This document shows, piece by piece, positions 42,376 through 51,447 of a DNA stretch of 64,000 nucleotides. A program made the position numbers and the translations under genes. A model generated the notes under the pieces. That model was given only the letters and a program-made list of their open reading frames with translations. It had not been told where the DNA came from and made no database searches. The stretch is from an uncultured Methanolobus sp. (GTDB lineage: Archaea; Halobacteriota; Methanosarcinia; Methanosarcinales; Methanosarcinaceae), in contig OY776215.1 of assembly GCA_963675495.1 (NCBI GenBank), forward strand, positions 320,001-384,000, given 5' to 3'. Each line of letters opens with the position of its first letter. Within the stretch, counting starts at the first letter, position 1.

Positions 42376-43674
42376 TTACCTTTCATCCCTTTCCATTCGT
42401 TCCGTAATGTCCTGGATAACACCCTGATAGTGGGTCACAATTCCCTCGTCATTACGCTGAATGAATGTTTGCTCTTCCACCCACCTCTCATCTCCTGACC
42501 TGGTTCGTATCCTGTATTCCTTGACAAAGACTTTTCCACCTTCTTTGGCAACATCCGAAAGTTCCATCTGGACACTAGGGAGGTCCTTTGGATTGATTAT
42601 TTCACCATAAAGGATAGCTCCTGAGAGGAAATCGTCAACCGAGTATCCAAACACGCTTATATTATCTGAAACGAATTCAGCTGGCCAAAGTTCATTTTCA
42701 TCATCAGGACCTGCTTTCCACAAAAAAGCGATCACTGGACTATGATTAATAATCGTTTCAAGAGCTTGCTTATTTTCTAGCAATTGTTCTTGTTTTTCAA
42801 GTGCCTGCTGAAGAGCGATTTCAGTTTCTTTCTCCTTTGTGATATCCTGAACAATTCCCTGGAAATGAGTTGCATTCCCACCTCTGTCCCTTAGAATAAA
42901 AGTGCTCTCTTTTACCCACAACAGCTCATTATTTCTTGTTAATAAACGATATTCCTGATTATAGTAGTCATTGCCACTTTCACATTGTTTAGCAAGTGTT
43001 TCTTTAACCATCTCATAGTCACCCGGATAAACAAGATCACTGTACACAATACGACCTTTCACAAAATCCTCAGCCGAATAACCAAGTTTTGAAACATTCT
43101 CGGAAGCATAATCTGCAGGCCAGAACTGCTCGTTCCTCCACAGAAAAATCATAATAGAACTATTATTGATGATCTCTTCCATAAGTCTCAGTTTCTTCAA
43201 TGCATCCTGCAGGGTAAATTCCTGTTCTTTCTGTCCAGTTATATCTAAAACAGTACCCTGGTAGTGTGCAACATTGCCAGAATTATCCCGCAGTATATAG
43301 GTTCGTTCATTAACCCAGCGCACTTCACCTGACTTTAAGATTATCCTGTATTTATGATCGAAGAAATCAACTCCCTCTTTACAGTGCTTGGTGAGGGATT
43401 CCTGCAACTCTCTCAGGTCATCAGGATGAACTATGTCAGCATAAAGAATGTCACCGGAAATAAAGTCGTCTGCTGTATAGCCTAAAAGATTCACGTTACC
43501 TGAAACATATTCCACAGGCCATTTTTCATCGGGACTGTCTTCTGCCTTCCAAAGAAAAGAAATAACAGGACTTTTATCCCTTATTCTTTCAAGTTCTTCC
43601 TTTCTTTCAAGGAACCTGTTCAATGCACTTTCAGAATCTTCCTTATAATCCTTATATGGTGTATCTGAATTCAT
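42376..43674 (-). CDS. PAS-only protein (three PAS/PAC domains)
   Basis: Three SP.I.FLW...WP..YVS...YR...G..RWV.E...HYQG...DIT units; no output domain. Confidence 0.88.
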   Translation of the reverse strand: MNSDTPYKDYKEDSESALNRFLERKEELERIRDKSPVISFLWKAEDSPDEKWPVEYVSGNVNLLGYTADDFISGDILYADIVHPDDLRELQESLTKHCKEGVDFFDHKYRIILKSGEVRWVNERTYILRDNSGNVAHYQGTVLDITGQKEQEFTLQDALKKLRLMEEIINNSSIMIFLWRNEQFWPADYASENVSKLGYSAEDFVKGRIVYSDLVYPGDYEMVKETLAKQCESGNDYYNQEYRLLTRNNELLWVKESTFILRDRGGNATHFQGIVQDITKEKETEIALQQALEKQEQLLENKQALETIINHSPVIAFLWKAGPDDENELWPAEFVSDNISVFGYSVDDFLSGAILYGEIINPKDLPSVQMELSDVAKEGGKVFVKEYRIRTRSGDERWVEEQTFIQRNDEGIVTHYQGVIQDITERMERDER

Positions 43675-43894
43675 AAAACCCCCTCTTTAACTAACCCTTT
43701 TTCATTTTATTATTAGTTTGAATAGTTAATAATATTATGCACTATAGATTTCTAGAGGGTTATTTGAGAAGAAATCAAATCATATAAGCACAGCTAAAAC
43801 AGTGCTGTTTGTCATAGGAAAAATATTAATAACAAAGAACAGGCATTTTATTTATACCCCGTATTAACCGTGCAACTATTGATTAAACGGGATA

Positions 43895-44218
43895 TTAGCC
43901 TTCCTTGAACTCAATGGTCATTGTCTCTACTTGCTTTGCAAGGCTCTTTGCGATCATCCCTGACTCCAGCCTGCAGACATGCATAACACCTGTTGGTACG
44001 ATACATCCTGGACAGCAAAGAGCTTCTTGTGCTCTGTCCATCACATAGTTATCTTTGATGTATAAAGTTTCCATCATTGGAACTTCCATATGAGACATTT
44101 CTTTTACCTTTGGGCAGGGTGTTTCAATATCTATGATAATATTTGTCCCATCAAGTTGTCCTTTTACTATATGTATGAAACCACAGATGCTTGAGTTTAC
44201 GTGTACGACAGATCCCAT
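43895..44218 (-). CDS. DUF6951-like small 4-Cys protein, paralog 2
   Basis: Closely similar to 41908..42231; start placed at ATG 44218 after AGGAG. Confidence 0.8.
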   Translation of the reverse strand: MGSVVHVNSSICGFIHIVKGQLDGTNIIIDIETPCPKVKEMSHMEVPMMETLYIKDNYVMDRAQEALCCPGCIVPTGVMHVCRLESGMIAKSLAKQVETMTIEFKEG

Positions 44219-44632
44219 ATAACGTCTCCTTTTTTTTCTAATTAATAGTTTAGTTTTTACAGTAAAGTAAATATCCCTGTTTTTAGCCGGACAGGGAAAA
44301 TACAAGAAACTTAAGGATATTTAATGTTGTAAACAACGTGAATATATCATTTTCTCTCTGAATCGAGCTGGCTTCAAACAAAATCTATAATGTTTTTGTT
44401 TTGTGTTTTTCTTTTAAAAGCACAAAAATAAGTGCTTGTAGTTCCATGAGAACACAGAACCCTGTAAAACCATAACGATAGTCGAGGATGTAGCCACTTC
44501 AACGCGAAAATCGACAGAACCTGGAAAGATTACTCCAGCATCCTCCCCAATCAACATGAATAGAACTGGTATTACTTTTCCAGAAACCTGTCACTATAGA
44601 TTTTAGAGGTAAGAAACAAGAGCTAAAAAAGC

Positions 44633-44965
44633 TCATTCTATCTTGTCAATAGTAAGCTCTACTTTTTCTATTTTCCTTGCGAGAGTCTTTGAGATATTTT
44701 CAGTTTCTACCCAGTATGCATTCATTACGGTTGCAGGCACATAACAATTGTCACATATTTTGTTCTTCATGCTCTTCATTAACAGTTCATAGTAAGGAAT
44801 ATTCTGAGTTGCCAGATCTGCATTGGGGAGATCGAAATCACAACCCCACTTTTTCAACTTCTCACACCCTGTTTCAATATGTATGTGAGTCTTCCTGCCT
44901 TCAGTAACCGCTGTTATGAAGGTCTTGTAACCGCAAAGAGAATCGACTGACATTGTAACGACCAT
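44633..44965 (-). CDS. Divergent DUF6951-like 4-Cys protein, paralog 3
   Basis: SLCG...IETGC...CDNCYVP...ETENISKTLA; GGAGG 8 nt before ATG 44965. Confidence 0.72.
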   Translation of the reverse strand: MVVTMSVDSLCGYKTFITAVTEGRKTHIHIETGCEKLKKWGCDFDLPNADLATQNIPYYELLMKSMKNKICDNCYVPATVMNAYWVETENISKTLARKIEKVELTIDKIE

Positions 44966-45012
44966 ATACTTACCCTCCATTTCAAGAATTGAAATAATTC
45001 ATTCAACGCTAT

Positions 45013-45345
45013 TTATTTGATCTCTTCGAATTTTATGTCAACACCTTTGTATCCACGTGCGACATCTTTAGGGATCTTCTCATTCTCTATCCAGTAAGCA
45101 CTCATCACCGTTGGAGGCACATAGCAATTACTGCAAATAGAACACATTTCCCTTTTTTTGTTAAGCAGATCAAAAGCTACATCCTTGTCCATGAGATCAA
45201 TTTTTGGAAGGTTGAACTCATTGCCCCATTTTTTTATCTTTTCACAGGTAGTATTAACGTTTATACGTGTATTCTTACCTTCATGCTGGGCCAGAATCGT
45301 TGTTCTGTTCCTGCATATATTTTCCAATGACATAATAACTGTAAT
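45013..45345 (-). CDS. Divergent DUF6951-like 4-Cys protein, paralog 4 (start uncertain, possibly ATT)
   Basis: NICR...VNTTC...CSNCYVP...IENEKIPKDVA; collinear with paralog 3. Confidence 0.68.
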   Translation of the reverse strand: MTVIMSLENICRNRTTILAQHEGKNTRINVNTTCEKIKKWGNEFNLPKIDLMDKDVAFDLLNKKREMCSICSNCYVPPTVMSAYWIENEKIPKDVARGYKGVDIKFEEIK

Positions 45346-45666
45346 TTTACTGACCTCCTGGCAAAGTATTACAAATATTGACGAATATATATCAAACAAA
45401 TTTTAAAAAGATTGGCCAATTGCCTGAAAATCAATCCATTTGATAGCATTTTATTATATTTTACTAGATTTGTATGTGTACAACATGCTTAAATCTTGCG
45501 TTTTAAGCCTAAAACTTAAAACCACTAAGTAAAAAATTAAAATAAAAGAAGGAGGTGTGGAGAAGTTGGGGTGCAATGCATCCACATAGCCTTGAGACCC
45601 TACAAATATTGGAAACCTACAAGCCTTTCTTAAAGAGATGGCAGTTCGTTTTTCATGAGGATTGAA

Positions 45667-45831
45667 TCATATTGTTAAACTGGAAGCTTTTACCGTTTTT
45701 ATATTGAAAGCAGGGATATGTGTTTCTTTTTTCCAGTATGAAGAAAGCTGATAGTTCATTCTGCTTATCGTACATCGTCTGAAATGGTTCAGGTTTATGA
45801 CCTTATACCTCAGTGTTGTTGCTATATCCAT
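45667..45831 (-). CDS. Possible 54-aa small protein
   Basis: GGTGA RBS 4 nt before ATG, open frame MDIATTLRYKVINLNHFRRC...; no recognisable homology. Confidence 0.3.
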   Translation of the reverse strand: MDIATTLRYKVINLNHFRRCTISRMNYQLSSYWKKETHIPAFNIKTVKASSLTI

Positions 45832-46134
45832 ATTTTCACCTTTTTACCAATGTAGTACATCGGCATCCTTTGTACTACTTTATTTTATTTAAAGTTTTTG
45901 TATTATGAGCTTACTTATAAAGTACCTTACTTTAGAGTGAAATAACCGAATTTGTGGTCAAATACTTACTTTACAGTAATATTTTGACCGAAAATCGAAC
46001 TTTCCTTTAGTTTACACCATTGTATTTCAAATTAGATTGAAATAGAAAGTTTTATATGTGTATAAGCATTTCAAACATTACTGAAATACTATTTTATGAG
46101 GTTGACATAAATCGAGAAAAAGAAGGAATAATAT

Positions 46135-46959
46135 ATGGAAATAATTTTAATAATTAGTCTACTCATTACAGGATTGGCTGTTGGGCTAGCAGCTGGAATT
46201 TTGGGTGTTGGCGGGTGCTTTATTATGGTTCCCGTCCAGTTTTGGGTTTTGACCCAAATGGGAATTGATCCTACTATTGCAATACGTATTGCTTTTGGAA
46301 CAAATCTTGCTGTAGTTCTTCCAACAGCAATGAGTGGAGCTTACGGACACAATAAAAAAGGAGCCGTACTCTGGAAACAGGCAGTTTATCTTGGAGCATT
46401 TGGATTCTGTGGTGCTATTGGAGGAGCTTATGTTGCCAGCAATCTTCCCGGAAATGTGTTAAAGATCGCATTTGGACTTGTTATACTTCTGGGAGCTGCA
46501 AGAATGTTGACAGCCAAACCTCCACGCATTGACGAAGAGATTACCCAGTCCCCTGTGTTATATGCAGTTGCAGGAATTATCCTTGGACTCGTATCCGGAA
46601 TAATAGGTATTGGTGGAGGAGTTATAATGATCCCTATTATGGTAATGGGATTGAAATTCCGAATGCACCAGGCAGTAGGCACCTCCACGGCAGTAATGGC
46701 TCTTATTGCCATTGGTGGAATTCTTTCATACATATATAACGGTTGGAATGTTGCAGGTTTACCTGCTTATTCTCTGGGCTATGTGAATATGCTTCAGTTT
46801 GTACTTCTGGCAGGTACCAGCGTACCGATGGCATATATCGGCTCTAAAATTGCACACAGATTATCTCATAAGAACCTGAAAAATCTCTTTATTGTAGTGA
46901 TGGCATACATGGGATTAAAAATGATTGGAGTTTATAGCTGGTTGGGATTACCACTATAA
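46135..46959 (+). CDS. TSUP / TauE-SafE sulfite exporter family protein
   Basis: GILGVGGCFIMVP, AFGTNLAV, GIIGIGGGVIMIP, AVGTS. Confidence 0.92.
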   Translation: MEIILIISLLITGLAVGLAAGILGVGGCFIMVPVQFWVLTQMGIDPTIAIRIAFGTNLAVVLPTAMSGAYGHNKKGAVLWKQAVYLGAFGFCGAIGGAYVASNLPGNVLKIAFGLVILLGAARMLTAKPPRIDEEITQSPVLYAVAGIILGLVSGIIGIGGGVIMIPIMVMGLKFRMHQAVGTSTAVMALIAIGGILSYIYNGWNVAGLPAYSLGYVNMLQFVLLAGTSVPMAYIGSKIAHRLSHKNLKNLFIVVMAYMGLKMIGVYSWLGLPL

Positions 46960-47076
46960 ACTTATTTTTTAATAAGAAAATCAATGTGGCCAAATAATAG
47001 TTTTTTTTGATTGATAAATTGGGGATTTTTGGTCAAGCCCTTTTGATAGAATATAACCTACATAAAAAAACCATAT

Positions 47077-47808
47077 CTAAAATCCCACATCAAGCAACCA
47101 TTTAGTAATAATCCCCACAAAAACCGCAATTGCAAAACTCAATAAAGTGCCTATCAATATATATTCACTCACCCTCCTATCGGTTGTAAACCTGAATATT
47201 GATTTTGCAGCAACCAACAAACCTATAGCTTGATACTGGTCAAGCAGCACAAAGGTCAGTAGTAAAAATCGCTCAAGACGACCTATCCACAGACCGGCAT
47301 TCGATAGGCCTGTGCCTTCATTTCCATCTTTGTCATTCTGCCAGGGTTCAGTAAATTTACCTATTACAATACCACTGGGCCAGATTACTACCACATATGC
47401 AACAAGCAAAATCCAGAAATTCGTTCCTGCAAACGGAAGAATGGGCAAGATTTTCATCATTGGTATTAATCCTGCTATAAAGATCCAGGCTACAAGAATG
47501 GTAAACAAATGGGCTGCCTGATCCAGAGTAAACCATCTAAGATCATCTTTTCTGGTTGATTTGAAACCATCGATCAATACATGAGAAAACGCGTAAGCAA
47601 TGAAAAGCCAGACATAACTGAAGGCACCTGAAAGGATATATGCAAGTAAACCGGCAGTCAGACCATGTATGTAAAGCCATTTTGAAAGCCATTTGTTCTC
47701 AAAACGGTCATTTACCATTGATCTGGTCTGGAATACAAAATCAGCAAGCAGGTGTGAAAGAATAAGTTTTGCAAGCAGAGATATATTCAAAAGACCCGGG
47801 TCCATCAC
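47077..47808 (-). CDS. DUF3307 / SatE-like membrane protein
   Basis: SHLLADFVFQ, DQAAH, AGLWIGRLER, AAKSIFRF, EYILIGTLLSF. Confidence 0.88.
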   Translation of the reverse strand: MMDPGLLNISLLAKLILSHLLADFVFQTRSMVNDRFENKWLSKWLYIHGLTAGLLAYILSGAFSYVWLFIAYAFSHVLIDGFKSTRKDDLRWFTLDQAAHLFTILVAWIFIAGLIPMMKILPILPFAGTNFWILLVAYVVVIWPSGIVIGKFTEPWQNDKDGNEGTGLSNAGLWIGRLERFLLLTFVLLDQYQAIGLLVAAKSIFRFTTDRRVSEYILIGTLLSFAIAVFVGIITKWLLDVGF

Positions 47809-48497
47809 TTATCACTCTCTACAAATACATCCTCATATTCAAATAAGTGTTCATAGTTAAAAAGGAACTTCTTAACTGCATCAAAACCCAAAGCTTTCAG
47901 ACTCTGGGAAATCGTTGACTGGGATTTACAGTGTCTTGAGGCTATCTCTTCCTGGGTTGAACCAGAGAGTTTCTCCAGAATTATCTCTTTCTGGATGTTT
48001 GTCCACCTGCCAGCTATGAGATCAAAAAAAGCACATTGGGTCTCAAACATCAGATTCAGCACTGGATCTGAAGTTGTAACCAGCAGATTTTGACCTTTTT
48101 GCTTCATCGTATCAAGTGCTTTTCCGGAAAGTCTGAAAGCCACACCATCGGCTTCTCCTATGTTACCGGAGTCCGGGATATACTCAATTGTTCCAATGCC
48201 AATTGATAACCTTGCCGCAAAATCCTTTGACCCTTCATTGAACAGACTAAGCCTTTGGGATAAGAGTACAGAAGCAAGTAATGCACGATCTGGCTTGCTA
48301 AGAACAACCTGAAAACTATCACCCCTGAATATATCAAAAGGGAGGAAAATCGCATCATGAAGTTGTAAGTGATTCTCTATGAACATGAGAGAATCGCGAA
48401 GATAAGCGATCATTTTTTCTCTGTTTTCGTTTTCCAACTGGGATGACTGTACAAGATCCCCTGTTATGACAGCGTATAATATTTTTTCATTGAGCAA
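47805..48497 (-). CDS. SatD family protein with C-terminal HTH
   Basis: AVITGDLVQS, FRGDSFQ, RLSIGIG, GVAFRLSG, TQEEIA...QSTISQ; overlaps the next gene via ATGA. Confidence 0.85.
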   Translation of the reverse strand: MLNEKILYAVITGDLVQSSQLENENREKMIAYLRDSLMFIENHLQLHDAIFLPFDIFRGDSFQVVLSKPDRALLASVLLSQRLSLFNEGSKDFAARLSIGIGTIEYIPDSGNIGEADGVAFRLSGKALDTMKQKGQNLLVTTSDPVLNLMFETQCAFFDLIAGRWTNIQKEIILEKLSGSTQEEIASRHCKSQSTISQSLKALGFDAVKKFLFNYEHLFEYEDVFVESDK

Positions 48498-48815
48498 AAC
48501 CTTGAACCTCTGTTGTGGGAATAAATATAATTTATCAAGGCTATATTTTATTAATATAAGTTTTTAAGATGATATTTACTTATTAGTAGTTATAAGACTT
48601 ATATTTTATTGTCAAAAATATATAACAGTGATTACTAAGGGCACAATGTTTAGCTTACAACGCTAAACATCGAATATGAAAAAATTAAAGAAATTGTGTG
48701 CTGAAGCTTCAATTATCTAAACCAATTAATAAAAGAACTTCGTAGCTTATCGCTTTTTGAATTGTGTAATTATAAAAAGTAAAATACCCAAAGGAAAGGA
48801 AGAATAAGAGAATAT

Positions 48816-50519
48816 TCAATATCTCTTATTTCTTCGGTTGCCAACCATTCCAACCATGAACAACATCAAAGACATCATACCTATTAATGAACTGCTACTA
48901 TTGCCCGTTACTACATTGGCACCAGTCCTTAGCACCGGTGTTGTCTGCATATTCAGTGAATAGGCAGGGTCAATACCCAGTATGAAAAGATCGGTGAGTC
49001 GATAGACATCCGAATTTCCTTCTACCGTGTAGTTCACGTATGTCTGGTTACCAGCAGTCCCATCTGCCTGCATGGTACCTACATCCCACCAATAAGCAGT
49101 TCCTGTAACCGGAGAAAGCACAGATGTACTACCATCAGGATTGGTAACCCAGGAAACATTGGTGAATCCCTGTGGGATTATATCATACACAACTACTGTA
49201 GGAGGTGTAGCAAGATCACCTTTATTGTGTATCCATAAGGAAACATCATAGTAGTCAGGATCAGTATCGTTCTTGGTAATCGTTTTCCTGGCTTCCACAA
49301 GATAACCATTTATGATGTATATTTTTTCAATTACCTCATAAGTACCGTTTATTGTGAGGTAACTTTCACTTAGCTGGTTTCCTGTAAGATCTACACTTAG
49401 ATTTACATCCATCCATCCTACAGGAACGGGGTCAGGAAAATCATATATCTTCCATTCATCCTGCGTCCATACTTCGGATTGTGAAATAGTACCTACACTG
49501 CTATTAACTGAAGTCTCAACTGCCGAACTGTAGTCAAGGTCACTGCTTGTGGTCACATACATTGTTACAGCTGAAACAGTGTAATCTATACTCTCTGTAT
49601 CAGTATTGGTAATAACAGGTGTAAATCCCCAATCATCTCCGCCTGAGCCGCCCTCTGAACTATCTAGTTGGTTCTTCTGCAGATCGAACATGAAGTTAAG
49701 GGTTGTGCCGGTAGGTGTACCTGTAACTGAAACATTATTTCCTGATTGCACCCCATTATTAACTGTGAACTGCAATGTGCCATTGCCTATGAACATTTCC
49801 TGTGCGGACTGTGGTGATGAAGCTATATGAGCTGCACTATCATTCTCAGTAGCCGTGAAAGTCAGGCTGGCATTTGTAACAGATGAGTTAAGTTCTGATA
49901 TCGTCCACATGACAGTGTCCTGTGAAGGATTTGTCACGGCACCTGTATCTGCACTGGCATCAGAGAAACGAAAATCACTTATGGAATTGCTATTGCTGTC
50001 AGAAGCTACTTTTGTGAATGCAATGGAGCTTATTGTTGAGTCAATTTGTCGTTCTATTTCAAGGTTCACATCAATTGAATCATTTATAAGCATCATGTTT
50101 GCTGAATAACTTTCATTAAAAGTGACCGGTCTTGAACCAGAACAATCGTAGTTTATTACCGCAGAGTCACCATGACCAAGATAATTAATGTGCACTTGCA
50201 CAAATGCGCTGTTGCTGGTGTCAAGATATACGCCAGATGAAGACGAAGACCATGTTGATGATAACGTTGTGCCATTATTGAAACTGATGTTCACGTCGTA
50301 TAGATCAGTTGAAGATAATGAATTTGTGATCGTTATCTGTCCTGAACCGGATGCATCACCGCTTGTCAGCGACCCATTGAACAGATCAGTTGCACCAATG
50401 GATTCACTTACCTGAATATCCAGGACCTGCGTCGCTCCTGCAAACGATACAAAGACACAGAATACAAATATGAAAATTGTTATCCCTGTTAAATTACTAT
50501 GCATTCCTTTCCTATCCAA
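48816..50519 (-). CDS. Secreted, C-terminally anchored beta-rich surface protein with DUF11-like last domain
   Basis: Signal peptide, many N-x-S/T sequons, ARKTI...VYDIIPQGF domain ending DLFILGIDP, then TM + RRNKR. Confidence 0.8.
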   Translation of the reverse strand: MDRKGMHSNLTGITIFIFVFCVFVSFAGATQVLDIQVSESIGATDLFNGSLTSGDASGSGQITITNSLSSTDLYDVNISFNNGTTLSSTWSSSSSGVYLDTSNSAFVQVHINYLGHGDSAVINYDCSGSRPVTFNESYSANMMLINDSIDVNLEIERQIDSTISSIAFTKVASDSNSNSISDFRFSDASADTGAVTNPSQDTVMWTISELNSSVTNASLTFTATENDSAAHIASSPQSAQEMFIGNGTLQFTVNNGVQSGNNVSVTGTPTGTTLNFMFDLQKNQLDSSEGGSGGDDWGFTPVITNTDTESIDYTVSAVTMYVTTSSDLDYSSAVETSVNSSVGTISQSEVWTQDEWKIYDFPDPVPVGWMDVNLSVDLTGNQLSESYLTINGTYEVIEKIYIINGYLVEARKTITKNDTDPDYYDVSLWIHNKGDLATPPTVVVYDIIPQGFTNVSWVTNPDGSTSVLSPVTGTAYWWDVGTMQADGTAGNQTYVNYTVEGNSDVYRLTDLFILGIDPAYSLNMQTTPVLRTGANVVTGNSSSSLIGMMSLMLFMVGMVGNRRNKRY

Positions 50520-50710
50520 AAGAAGCCTCTCCTAAGAATTCCGATAATTATATAATAGATATTATTATTATAACATGTATTGTTTAATTAACATTCAAAT
50601 GTGTATATGTGCAGACACTATATATATTTTAGTATACTTTAAATATATATAATAATTGCGTGCTGTGTAGATCTTGTTAAAAAGGAGGAAGGGAAATAAA
50701 AGTAGCTACA

Positions 50711-51442
50711 ATGATACTGATGCTGGTATCTGTTCTATTGGCAACAAGCATTCCTGCTAATGGGGAAATTTTAGTAGAGGTATGGGAACATTACAATGTA
50801 ACACTTAATGTGCATTCTGAAAGTACACACGTAACTGAAGAACTCACAATCAGGAATGTTATCGATAAAACCGTTGTTCCGGGATATGGATACATAACGC
50901 TCAGTACAGAAAGCAAATCACGTTTTTTAGGACTAACCATCCCTTTTACAGGAAATACTCAAGCCATGGAAATATCAGACGTCTCTGCGAAACTTGATGA
51001 TGGCACAATAATAAATGATGTAGAGGTATCCACCACCGAGAATGAAACCACAATTAAGTATGGATTCTGGATACCTATAATGCCTGGAGAAAGCCGGACA
51101 ATAACGATCGAATATACAACAGATGATATTGTTGAGGATGGACTGGTATTTGACCAGGTCACCTATAGCATACAACCATCCAGCATACCAATTGAAAATG
51201 CAAGGATGGAAGCAAACATTGATGGAAAGCATTTATCGTACTCCAATTATCCTGCCCTAAGTGTCGATGACACAATAGTCTGGACAAATAATAATATAGA
51301 TAACAATACCTGGGAAGTCAACTTTGAATATGGGGCCCTGCCGTTTCCAAAACTTCCCTTCAAATGGTCATTGATTTTTTGGGTAATGATATTTGGAATA
51401 ATATGTTTGTGGTCATACCGCCAGTGGAAATCCGACAAATAA
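50711..51442 (+). CDS. Secreted Ig-like protein with C-terminal membrane anchor
   Basis: Signal peptide, PGESRTITIEY beta-sandwich, C-terminal TM. Confidence 0.78.
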   Translation: MILMLVSVLLATSIPANGEILVEVWEHYNVTLNVHSESTHVTEELTIRNVIDKTVVPGYGYITLSTESKSRFLGLTIPFTGNTQAMEISDVSAKLDDGTIINDVEVSTTENETTIKYGFWIPIMPGESRTITIEYTTDDIVEDGLVFDQVTYSIQPSSIPIENARMEANIDGKHLSYSNYPALSVDDTIVWTNNNIDNNTWEVNFEYGALPFPKLPFKWSLIFWVMIFGIICLWSYRQWKSDK

Positions 51443-51447
51443 TATAG

